Assembly (NCBI RefSeq): GCF_037042905.1
Contig: NC_087252.1
Coordinates: 25,980,001 to 26,044,000 of the forward strand
Direction: 5' to 3'
From: Lytechinus pictus
Lineage: Eukaryota
Length of the DNA: 64,000 nucleotides
Shown here: piece by piece, positions 12,562 to 23,926 of the stretch
Layout: each line of letters begins with the position of its first letter
Position numbering within the stretch: position 1 is the first letter of the stretch
Made by a program: the position numbers and the translations under genes
The notes under the pieces: model-generated
Database searches by the model: none
What the model was told of the DNA's origin: nothing
Seen by the model: the letters and a program-made list of their open reading frames with translations, nothing else

Positions 12562-13684
12562 CCACCCAAGGGTTCATTACATGCCGCCGCGCACAGAAAA
12601 TTCAAGCAATAGAAGTCGTGGACCCAAGAAGTGAGATCCCAGCACGCGCGACCCACTAGTTAGAAATCCACTGCCAAACGCGGTTCGTGGTTAGTATACT
12701 AATACTAACCTCGCAATACGTACTAGTAGTATACTAATACTAACCTCGCAATACGTGTGAGTGATTTTGGCCAGGAATCAGGGTAATCACTGCTGAAAAT
12801 TTGTCTGGCTTCATGACATCGGCATCATGGTGATATAATTCTGTGTATAATAAAAACTTAAACATTCCTCTGAAACAGCAGATTTTCAGCCATGGTCCAT
12901 ACCACTCAGTGCTCCTAAATAATTTAATTGCCTGCCTGAGTCCTGACCAGTTTTAGAAATCTGAAGAAAAAATCTGCTGGAATTGTGCCACTCACACGTA
13001 TTAAGTATACTAACCCCGCACCACTTGTTCACTGCAACCACCCTGCCTGTGGGGAATCTACAGGTTGGACTATGGCATGCCAATGCTGTACAGAGCACAC
13101 ACTTTAAAAAATGATTAAAATATCACTTTTGTGACCAAAATTACTAATTTTAATACAGTTGCAATTTATTTTTCATTAGAAACTTGGGAAAAATTTTTGT
13201 ATTCACTAGAGCGCTCAAAAACGTTAATTTTGGGCATATTTTTGTATACGCCCTCTATTGGTGGAAAATAATATGGCAAGAAAATTTTCATTTTTTATCT
13301 CTATTTTTAATTAAGAAAAAAATAATTTAAAGAATCAAATTTACTTAAGGGCCGAGTTGTATGACAAATAGGTGTAATGTTAACTGTCAGTGTAAAAAAC
13401 TCAAGCATTTGTCCCAAAGAAAAAGAGAAGATAAGCCAAACATTGCCATCCTTATTTTGCCACACATGGAGATACAACTGAGAACAAGGTTATATCATAA
13501 CCTTGTTCATTGAATGAGTGCCCCGCACCACGAACCGCGTTTGGCAGTGGATTTCTAACTAGTGGGTCGCGCGTGCTTAGCCTGGAGGCGTCTGGGATCT
13601 CACTTCTTGGGTCCACAACACACGACTTCTATGGCTTGATTTTTCTGTGCGTGGCGGCATGTAATGAACCCTTGCCTTGGGTGG
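12562..13684. mobile_element. MITE with ~130-155-bp terminal inverted repeats
   Basis: 12562-12691 is the reverse complement, with indels, of 13528-13684. Confidence 0.8.
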
Positions 13685-14385
13685 AATTGTACAAAAACAT
13701 TATTTCTAAAATAAAAACTTTTTAATTTTAATAGTAGTTATGCCAAAATGCATGATTCTAAACTTATATCAGATCTGTATCTGTCATCTGACCTGAATGC
13801 ATCGTCAGAACAAGTACAGTTTCCAAACATGCTTACCTTGACTTTTGACTGGATCAAACAGCGTAGCCTGCAACATGCATCGGGAGCAAGTGAATGGGAC
13901 CGTGCAGCTTGGAGTTTTTCAATAGTTAGTAGAGCAACACAACGAAGACTGTCGAGTGGACAAAATCGATCTTTCCAGTTCACAATTCAATAAAAAACGG
14001 GCAAAATAACACAGTTCTGGTTCCCTTATAGTCTGAAGTTGTCGAAAACAGAATTCGGATGTCACATTACATAAAGAAAACGGTAAATTCGGAAGATATT
14101 GAAGAGGTCAGTAAGGTGATTCAGTGTATTATGCACAGAGGGATGATGAGCTCGATTATTGTGTGACGTCATTATTCTCGACTGTTTTCACTGCGTGAAC
14201 TGTCGGTCTGGGGGGCGGCTGGGGGGCTTAGAATGGTCTCTAATAATTTCATTTCTTGCATTTCCACGACATCGATAAGACTTTTTAGTGACATATTTGT
14301 GTATAAAAAGACAAGACCTTTCCATTCATATATAATTTGTCTATAATCATCACTTTCGTGAATTTTCTTTGTGTGTATACTTTAA

Positions 14386-16278
14386 CGATATTCACGGTTT
14401 GAAGATAAATGGAATTATTCAAAATGAGAAATCTGTTATTGTGAAAGAACTTAACGAACATTTTATTTCCATCGAGTAAGCATGACGCACATAGTAGTCA
14501 TGGTGATGTTGGTAGATATTTTCAATCACTGCCTACTAAATTCATTTTTGATGAAATAAGTGATGATTTTGTATTAAATGAGCTGAGAAGATTACAAACG
14601 CATAAATCACCTGGTCTTGATAAGATAAGCGGTGCACTTCTAAAAATGGCTGCACCTGTTATTTATACACACCTTACTAAATTCTTCAACTTATCTTTAC
14701 GTTCAGGCAAACTACCAGATGAGTGGAAGACAGCTAAGGTTATCCCACTATTCAAGGGTGGTGAGAGATTAGACTTGAATAATTATAGGCCCATCTCCAT
14801 AATACCTGTTGTTATGAAGCTTATGGAAAGGGCAGTGCACAGTCAATTACAAGAATACTTAACAGAAAATAATATTCTTTCCCCTAATCAATTTACGTTC
14901 AGGCAAACTACCAGATGAGTGGAAGACAGCTAAGGTTATCCCACTATTCAAGGGTGGTGAGAGATTAGACTTGAATAATTATAGGCCCATCTCCATAATA
15001 CCTGTTGTTATGAAGCTTATGGAAAGGGCAGTGCACAGTCAATTACAAGAATACTTAACAGAAAATAATATTCTTTCCCCTAATCAATCTGGCTTTCGTA
15101 AAGGCCATAGTACCCACACTGTTTTAACTTATTTCTCTGATTTTATTTATAGACAAATTGGCAAAGGTCAAATGACAGGCGCAGTCTTTATAGACCTGCG
15201 CAAGGCATTCGATTCAGTAGACCGTAACATTTTGATAGAAAAACTACGTAAATATGGTATACTTGGAAAGGAAAGACATTGGTTTATCGAATACTTAACT
15301 AATCGGAAACAAAAAGTGGTATTAGGGAAATATGAGTCTGATTGGGGTACCACTGTATCAGGTGTACCACAAGGCGCCAATTTGGGCCCGTTATTGTTCA
15401 CTATTATGGTAAATGACCTTCCAAATGTGGTATCCGAATGCCAAGTGATGCTATACGCAGACGATGCTGTTCTGTATTTCAGTAGTCAAAGCAGTGATGA
15501 AATTGAATCAGCCTTGAATTTTGATTTGAAACAAGTACACAAATGGGTAAAAGAGAACAATCTTACGTTAAATACAAACAAAACTCAATTTATGTTATTT
15601 GGATCACAAATAAAATTGGCTAAACTTGAAACAAATATTTCCATTAGATTTAACCAACAACAAATTTTACAGGTCTACACTTACAGATACTTAGGGGTTT
15701 GGCTAGATCCAACATTAAATATATAAAAAAAAAAAAATATATGATCGAGGATAGCATTACTTGGACGATCGAGAAGATACTTACCTCTGGAAGGATTAAA
15801 ACTCCTTGCTAATGCATTGATTTTACCTTTGTTCGAATACTGCAGTAATGCCTGGTCAAGTTGTGCTCAGAACACAAAAGATATCATGATTAAACAACAC
15901 AAAAAAATGGCCAGGGTAATTTTGGGAGCCAATCTAAGAACTCCTACACAAATTAATTTAAACAAACTGAAATGGGTTCCCATCGAATATAGATGGAAAT
16001 ATTTTAAATGTAAAATGATATTTTCTGTATTCTTTAATCAAAATCCAGCCTATTTGTTAAATATCTTTAAAAAATCTGAAACTGTACATAGTATTCGTAC
16101 TCGTAGTGCACAAAGCACAGGTTTGATTTTACCCAAAATTCGAACAGAAATGGGCAAACAAAGTTTTTCTTTTGCTGGTGCATTTATTTGGAACAATTTA
16201 CCAAATTTTTTAAGAAACGTCCAATCTGAATCCTCATTTAGCCTTCTATTTTGGCGTTATAATAGTCTTAATCTATAA
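14386..16278 (+). pseudogene. LINE B reverse transcriptase and C-terminus (disrupted)
   Basis: KSPGLDKI, NYRPIS, QSGFR, DLRKAFDSV, GVPQG, YADD and YLGV motifs. Stop near 14477, a 196-bp duplication, and an A-run lesion near 15725. Confidence 0.95.
14696..15087 (+). repeat. 196-bp tandem duplication inside the LINE B RT
   Basis: 14696-14891 is repeated at 14892-15087 with no differences seen by eye. Confidence 0.92.
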
Positions 16279-16457
16279 ACTGGCCCTTTGTGTTGTTCTT
16301 TTCTTTACAGTTTGTTCGTTTCAACTTACATTGTACACTTTTTACCCATGTTTGTTATATGTTTGTATTTTTGTTGTAGGGCCTCCAAGGACAACAGTAT
16401 ATCAATTACTGATGGAGCCACCCTACTAAAAAAAGACTTATAAATAAATAAATAAAT

Positions 16458-17447
16458 AAATCTTGACAAATAAGGATCATTCTGTTGAGGGCAACAACAC
16501 TCGGTGACAGTAGGATTAAATCATCAGCATAAGAGAAAGCACCTGTAAATACTTGTCCCATAAAACAACCCTCACCGTTATCTTGGAGTTTAGACAGAAG
16601 TCTATCAATATATAAACAATATAGACTGGGAGATAATATTCCACCTTGTTTTACGCCATTAGAGACAGTAAAATAATCAGAATAAACACCGTTCCATCTT
16701 AGACGGATCTTTTGGTCCAAATACATATTCAATAGAAGTTTACAAAACATGGGACATACTCCTTTACATAACATGATTTTAAACAATTTAACAAAATTAA
16801 CTCTATCAAAGGCTTTGCTTGCGTCTAATACAAGACCATATACATTACTCTTCTCATGAACAAAGTATGACACCGTCTCTTTTACCATACTGGTACACAT
16901 AGTTGTCGAAAGCCCTTCTTTGAAGCCAAACTGCAACTCACTAGTGCACAGGTTATTAATTTCTCTTTTCATAATCACCAACTCCAACACTTTTCCAATT
17001 ATACTACTTAACGTAATTGCTCTAAAGTTACACGAATCACCCAAATTAGCCCAACGTCCTTTCGGAATTGGAATCATTGTACTTCGAAGCATGCTGTCAG
17101 GTGTCATTTCATGCCAGATCATCCCTGTGAATAACGTAGCAACATATTTACTGATAACCTTCTTACCATGAATTAAGTGGTCAGACATTAATCCACTAAT
17201 ATTGTCTTTTTAGACCCATTCAACTTAGCTATTGCATTACATATCTCTTCTTCTGTTATTATATGGTCATCTTGTACACACTCGTGGCATCTGCATTTAT
17301 TATCAACAGAGTTATCAATATCATTTTTAAGATCTACCATATCCATAACTCTAAAAGATACACTGTTATATAACCCGTCAAATTTATCAGCAAACATTCC
17401 AGCTATACTATCTTTTCCTTGAACACCATCAACAACATTGGGATATC
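16458..17447 (-). pseudogene. LINE A reverse transcriptase
   Basis: NFRAITLSS, QFGFK, LDASKAFDRV, GVKQGGILSP, YADDLILLSPS; frameshift near 17190. Confidence 0.95.
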
Positions 17448-19070
17448 CAGTGGCGTAACAGGCGGGGGGGGGCAGGCGGGGCAAGCTGCCCCCCCCCCCC
17501 CCTGGCGGATTTCACCGGGAAAAAAAAGAAAAACGGGAAAAAGAAAAAAGGGAGGGAGGAAGAAAGGGAAAGGGGAATGAAAGGGGAGAAGGAAAGGAGG
17601 AAAAGGAAAGGGAGAAGGAAAGGAGGAAAAGGAAAGCGAAAAGTGAAAAAACAAAACAAGAAAAAACTTGTTTTTTAAGGAAAAGGAAGGAAAGCGGGAA
17701 AATGTACGAAAGAACATTTGAGAAAGAACAAATCTTTCCGAAATAGGCCTATGTAATGCAATAGCGCGATGGGAAATAAATTAAAAGATGACAAAAGGGC
17801 AAACAATAGCGGGAAACGAAGTTAGAATGTAATTAATAAAAAGCTAAATTGGAAAACAAAGAAAAGGGACAAGAAAAAAATAATAATACAACCGGGCTGC
17901 CGATGATTAAAATTAAAGAGCGGGAAGAAAGATGGACTGCATACAACATTGTGCTATATACGCTTGCTAAATTTTATGCAAATAAGCTACCGGGGCTTTG
18001 CCCCAGACCCCACGCAGTAGGGGCTCTTAATGTATAACTTTCAAATGGCTCTATAACACCCCCATTCAATCACGTTCAATCAGTGGCATGCAGGCGGGGG
18101 GGGGGGTTCTTGGTTACACACCCAAGAGGAAATTAAATAAATTAAAGGAACAACGTATAATGAAATGAATGGAAACAATGAAATGTGCTATTTGCTGAAT
18201 ATAATGGAAAAATCTATCACATAATTAGAATTTAATTTCAATAGCCATTTTCTTCCAGCTCGTTTTGCATGCTGTCCGGTTTTTACAAATTTTCCCACAT
18301 TGCTATGTTTTGCCCCCTCAGAATATTTGGTTCATTACGCAACTGGGTTAAATAAGTGTGTTGTGTAAAAGCTATATTCTTTATATGCCCGCGATTTGAT
18401 TAAAATAGCGGCAATCTGCGAGGTTTAAATGGCTTTGATATCAAGAAGTTCCGGGGGCTCCGCCCCGGACCCTAACCGCACAGCACTGCGTATGGAAGGG
18501 TTTGGCAATGGCTCCAAAAAGTTCTACAAACAAGAACAACAAAAAAGGGGAAAGAAAAGCAAATAAAACGATAGGATTTTATTTACTGAATATTCCTGAA
18601 TATAATGTCAAAAAATAGCTCAAACTTAGATTCTCATGAAAATGTGATTTTTTTCTCGCTCGCTTCGCTCGCTCGGGACTTATATAAAGCAGCTTTTTAG
18701 CACATGTGCTATTCTGCACCCCTCGTTTTTTTTTACTCTTCACGCTATACTGCCGCAAAGAATCCTGTTCACAGTGGGGTACAGACCACAAAAAAGGAAT
18801 CTAGTAAAGAGAGAAGAGTGCAATATATCATTCTCTGGATATCATGTCAAAATCTATCACAAAATTGGATTTTTGTATTAAAAAGGTCAAAATTTTTGCT
18901 CCCTCGCTTCGCTCGCTCGCAACTTTTTTTTTAAAGATAAATTTTGCTCGATACCCGATATCTTCTCAAAATAGTTGCCTCATTACACAATTACGCCTGT
19001 TCATACCATGATATGACCGGGAAATTTTTGGCTCTTGCCCCCCCTGGCCATCGACCCCTGTTACGCCCCG
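17448..19070 (+). mobile_element. hAT-like MITE with a purine-rich tract, inserted between the LINE A endonuclease and RT
   Basis: Ends CAGTGGCGTAAC / GTTACGCCCCG; TSD GGGATATC / GGGGTATC. Removal restores ...KNVSRYPNVVDG. Confidence 0.85.
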
Positions 19071-20366
19071 GGGGTATCTACTGACATTCTTGGATCTATT
19101 GTATTTCTTAACCTCAGACCAAAATGATCTGGTACTACCTGATGCAATCGCAGTTGCCATTTTATCAGTCTTTATTACATCTATCTCTCTCAAAGTCTTT
19201 TTCAGAATTTTGTGATAATCCGTTCTTGCTTTCTTACGCAATTCAAAAATTTCACCACTTTTTGGGCGATCATTTTCAACCCACAACTTGTGCCAAAACA
19301 GTGCATTTTTGAAATATACCTCTACGTGCTCATTCCATCCAGGTATTACCTTACATTTTGGTTTCTGAGAACTTTTACACATTACATGCAAGGCGGCGTT
19401 TAGACATGCATCAACAATTTTATCATGAAACTCATTCAATTCTCTACTATGTCTTTGGCAGTGTTTTTCTCTGCAATTTAATGCACAATATGGAATATCA
19501 ATTAAATGTAGAATTTCAGACAACCTATCCACATATCTATTCAGCTCCTCCTGATTTGCTATACTCCAATTATAACACTTTTTTGTTTGTTCTTCTTGTT
19601 CACTAAAGTCTGAGAATTCTGACATATACAGGTCCAACTGACATTTAACAGCAACATGATCTGAGAAATTATTAACAGTATCAATGCATTCATACACATG
19701 CAAAGCCTTAACTAAACTATCTGTTAAAACAAAATGATCAATCAATGATTTGTGGTTACTACCTTTGCTACAGAAAGTAAAATCAAAATCACATAATTCA
19801 TCCTGCGTACAAATGTGATAATCTGCAAAAAAGTTTAAAAAACACCTTGTTTGGAAAGTGTCTCTAGAGACATCTGTATTAAAATCCCCTCCAAAGCAGG
19901 CAAAATCAGGATTTAACTCATTCATTAAAATATCTATTTCATTCAGTACTTGTTGGAACTCTACTAAATTGGCATTTTGGCATCTGTCATCACATGGCAT
20001 ATATATACTACCCAACAACAAACGTTTCTGATTTTCCAACGTAACAATAACTGTACATAGTCTCTTTGTATCTGATTCAGTTATTTTTGGTTCAACTTTT
20101 ACATTTAGACCATGCTTCCAAATAATAGCTGTTCCACCATAAGGTCTTCCAGCTGACTGCTTTTCTTCATTCATAGCACTCATACCATGCTTCCCTACTC
20201 CATTTTCTTCACTTATGTTATCAAACCACCCAAATTGAGACTTATAGAGACCATGCTCCTGAATTAGCATAAAGTCACACTCATCAAAGAGTTCTCTTAA
20301 AAAGGGCAGTATAGAGTCATTGGCACACTGGCAGTTATATGAAACGATCGAGACCTTGTTTGACAT
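19071..20366 (-). pseudogene. LINE A ORF2 endonuclease and linker
   Basis: SYNCQ, IQEHGL, GRPYGG, IYMPCD, GDFN, LIDHF and NFSDH motifs in an open frame. Confidence 0.95.
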
Positions 20367-20505
20367 ACAGGTTGTTTTCGTCCAGAGTATCTAGCTAACT
20401 TATTCCGCTGTCCCTCATTCTCCAGCGTTGTACACAAAGTCCACAAGGCCAGATGCTTTCCTGCATCACTTTATCTTTTTCATCCACTGTCACTGTCAGT
20501 TTGTA

Positions 20506-21583
20506 TACAAATGATGCATGGGTTAGAGTGGGTCAGTAGGAACCGTGTGCACAAGGTAACTTTGGCATGGTTTAGATCATAATGCCAAAGTTACCGTGTG
20601 CACACAGTTCCACTGACCCACGAAATAAACCCATGCATCATCTGTTTTATAGAATGGAAAAAATTATTGAATAAACCACAACAATTAATGATTTACTGGA
20701 TGCATGGTAATTTCATGCGTACGGTAAATTCAATTTACCGGACGCATGAAAATATTTACCGGACGCATGATTTTTTTACCGGACGCATGATTTTTTTTTA
20801 CCGGACGCATGATTTATTACCGGATGCATGAAAATTCCAAAATGTAATGCAGACCCTTTGACAACCCTGGACAACGTAAATATGTATGCCTAACTTGATA
20901 ATATGTTGGCACAAAGGCATTATTATACCCAAAATATCAGATACAGCTTTGCATCGACTAGATCTATGAGGCAGCCTCAGACCTCCAATAGCTGTGTGTG
21001 TATGCCCGGCCCGCCCCCGGGGCCAGTGCCTACGCCGCTGCCTGGGCCTGCAGTGGAGGATTGGCTGTGCACAGCCAGCCCAGGTGGGTGTTTCATAAAG
21101 CTGTTCGTAAAGTTACGAACGACTTTACGCAGGACTGGAACATGTTCTTAGGTCATAACTCAAGTACATAGTGATATCACGTAGCACAAGAAAGGATCAC
21201 CAGTCGTGCGTAAAGTCATTCGTATCTTACGAACAGATTTATGAAACACCCACCTGGGCACGTTAGATCGTATGTCTGGACTTCTCAACTAACGAGTATG
21301 CACGCAGTTTTAATCCCTATGACAATTACGGTACCGTATTTGTACTTACAGATCATTTTGCATCCTTTATTTGATTCATTCTGCCTTGATTGAAAATTCA
21401 AAATTTTGACGTAAACAAGCGTAACAGTACATGCGCGATGACATCACAATGAGCTTTCCGGACGATAGCTTGTTTACAGTGGATATCGTTTTGATTATCG
21501 GGATATCGTTCATGCAGCCGGTAAAAATTCTTGCATAGCTCTCAACCAATCAGATTGCAGGGATTTTCCCATCCATTCTATAA
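20506..21583. mobile_element. Non-autonomous element with a terminal ~140-bp palindrome and asymmetric inverted repeats (Crypton-like?)
   Basis: Clean insertion at TA in ORF1; hairpin 20507-20645; TTATAGAATGGA (20647) is inverted to the terminal TCCATTCTATAA; five TTACCGGAYGCATGA repeats at 20733-20831. Confidence 0.7.
21084..21253. mobile_element. Harbinger-like palindromic MITE
   Basis: TIRs GTGGGTGTTTCATAAA / TTTATGAAACACCCAC, flanked by CAG and CTG. Confidence 0.85.
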
Positions 21584-23728
21584 TATGACTTGAAAGTAGC
21601 ATCAACATGCGACATGCACATTATTTCAGCAGATCGAATTCCTTTACTCTTTACATACTCTATCATCTGATCATCAGTTGTACTTTTACCTACTCGTGAT
21701 ATTTTACCTACTTTTACCTACTCGGTCTATTATTATACATGTATGCCTCCTTTCTACTCCTACTACCAGGTATACGAGCACGCTTTGTAGCGACCTTGAT
21801 CCAGGGAGTTGAATTCTCCTCAGCGGTACGACTGGAATTACTCAGCTCATCACTCAGGTGGACATGTGAAGATCCATAAGTCGATTCATTCACTTTCACT
21901 TCCTCACTCAATCTCTCCATCGGGGGTAATGACTGGAGTACTGGGTTCTGTTTAGTGACAGACGTCAAAGCACTGTTCCCCTTCTCCCGCATGCCTTTAC
22001 TCTGCATGGGTGACCTCAGCGTACGACGGGATGGGGATACCAGCAACAGTATTCCTAGTCTGGAGCCTCAGGATAGCTTCATCGTGAGAATGAAGAACAG
22101 TCCCCATGGTTGACACCTTATCCTCCAGGTCCATCAGTCGATGTAGAGTGGCGAAAGGATCAAGTTCCTTAGGATCACACTTCGGTATAATGAACAAGTT
22201 CTTTGCCACATAATTGGTCTCAACGCCCTGCTGATCTAGTTCAATCATTGCGCCAACAATATCATCAGCTGTTTGTTCATGCTTTAGCTGTGCTTTCGTA
22301 TTTCGTCTACTCTTCAGTTTAGAGACACGATTATCCTTGGATATTACATCCCTAGCTTTCATAATGTCTTCGGGTGAAAAGCCCCGTGACACACATTCAA
22401 CAATTTTCACACGTGTAGTTTGTTTAATGTGATTCTGAATAAAGCACAGTACTTCATTAACAATGAGTGGTTCCACTACAGTCCCATCATCATCCTCACT
22501 AACCACAGATACCGAATCATTCGCTTCATCGGGAGGCGTAACGTCAGCCATAGGCGTAGCCATGGCTATTGTTCACGTTCATCACATACACCAGATACAC
22601 ACAGTTCCGACACAAGTTGCAGTACGTTAGCCCGTCATAGACTGGCGCCACAGAATTCTCACTAGCCCAGTGAAGAAATATCGTTTCACAAATGGCAACG
22701 AAAAGTCTAAATATCTTGCAAACTCTCACAGTAGATGCTTTATATACCGTTGAAGTATCCAGACATCAAATAGAGCTGTAAAATGCAGTTGTCACTCTGT
22801 ATTCATGAAATTATTCTCCTATTTTTCACAATTCATCAAAAAAGTCTTCCCCTCAGCTTTATTTTATTCACTCGTTTTCCTCCTCTTTTTTCATGTCTTT
22901 TGTTTTCCTCTCTTTCCCTTTCTTTGTTTCTCCCCCCCCCCCGCTTTTTTTTGCTCTGCCAATGGGGGGGGGGGGGCGGGCCCCTTGGATCCGCCTATGA
23001 TGAATGAATTCTTGTTGCAGGGTCTATAAGTTAAAACATATCTCAGAGTAGTCAGGCGCTCGATACCTCTTCTTCGGTTTATCCGGCACCATTTTGATCA
23101 AATACGCGTTAAGAGAAAGACAACAATAAACGGATGATATATGTAGAGTGCATAAAAGGGTGATTTACGAGGGCCAACATTAAGATATTATGGATAAAAT
23201 ACCAAAATATGAAAGAGAAACTACTTTTTTAGCTGTATACTGAAACCCTCATTCACGGCTGTACGCAAGAGGGGAAAGGTAAACAGTTGTCCCCTTTCAA
23301 CCCCCGAAATTCAGAAAACTGAAGTTTTTTTTACTGAAATTTTCCACAAAATTCACCAAAAGTATGCACAAAATCCTTCGATTTCAATTGACAAAAAGCA
23401 AATAAGCCCCAATGACAAGCTCGGTCGCTTTGCACCCTCGCTTCCGATTTTTTTTTTCGAAAACAAATTTAAGCCTGCCTCCCCAAGCGAAACAATCTGC
23501 GTACTAACATACCTTAATTGTACTTCTAACATTGCAACGACTTAATTTATTGAAGACATCAGATGAGCTATATTTTCCATGTTTGGCAAGTTAGGGTTCA
23601 GATGAAATTTACACTTATGACTCAGTCAAGTAATTTCTTTGTTTGAATAGCCCTTTTGTTGCTATTTATTTATTTATTAGAACATATTTATTCAAATATA
23701 AAAGATCAGTATAAAACTGTTTTCACCA

Positions 23729-23926
23729 CACTCTAAAAACACTGAGTAAAACTTTACCCAATATTGGATAGAAAAGTACATGCATGTTTGTTGGGTATCT
23801 TTTTACCCCATGTTGGGCTATTTCAGCGCAACATTGCGTTAAATTGACAACATATTGGGTATCCTCTTATCCAACCATCATGCATGTTCCCATTTAACTC
23901 AATATTGGGGGAACCTTTTTAGAGTG
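23729..23926. mobile_element. CACTA/EnSpm-like MITE inside a minus-strand LINE 3'-tail fragment
   Basis: TIRs CACTCTAAAAA / TTTTTAGAGTG; 2-bp TSD CA. Confidence 0.8.

Larger units (their letters stand above)
10030..14381. mobile_element. 4.35-kb Kolobok-like non-autonomous element with nested MITEs
   Basis: TTAA TSD at 10026-10029 and 14382-14385; termini AGTATACA / TGTATACT. Removal restores the LINE B frame (EKTVNDIHGLKING...LNEHFISI). Confidence 0.85.
7153..16457 (+). mobile_element. LINE B: full-length L2/Crack/CR1-group retrotransposon inserted antisense into the LINE A RT
   Basis: TSD AAATCTT at 7146-7152 and 16458-16464. 5' poly-T then GGTGAGCTGAGTGAGCG; 3' stem-loop GGGCCTCC...GGAGCCACCCT and (TAAA)n tail. 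Confidence 0.92.
20391..22563 (-). pseudogene. LINE A ORF1 (frameshifted, interrupted at 20506-21583)
   Basis: N-terminal IVNEVLCFIQN, a coiled coil, and C-terminal FKSY|KLTV...IWPCGLCVQRW joined across the insertion. Confidence 0.85.
6228..22799 (-). mobile_element. LINE A: full-length APE-type non-LTR retrotransposon (RTE-X-like or CR1-group; clade uncertain), interrupted three times
   Basis: Colinear minus-strand ORF1, endonuclease, RT and C-terminus. (TTGAA)n tail at about 6224-6243. Candidate TSD TATTCA at 6222-6227 and 22800-22805. Confidence 0.9.
1170..22999 (+). mobile_element. hAT-like non-autonomous element with an internal ~90-100-bp GCGAGCGCGAAGCGCGAGC satellite, split by nested insertions
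   Basis: Right end GGATCCGCCTATG at 22987-22999 also ends the copy at 34106 and is the reverse complement of the start at 31167. A degenerate left end near 1170-1250 resembles the reverse complement of 44975-45056. Dozens of satellite units at 1340-6185. TSD not recognisable. Confidence 0.55.

Noticed and set aside
22564..22799. HDV-like ribozyme in the LINE A 5' UTR
   Set aside because: I could not build the nested double pseudoknot by eye; a descriptor search would be needed.
23064..23092. Candidate first exon ATGGTGCCGGATAAACCGAAGAAGAG|GT (minus) for the GVIN-like gene
   Set aside because: The phase-2 donor does not match the phase-1 acceptor at 762; direct splicing gives an early stop.
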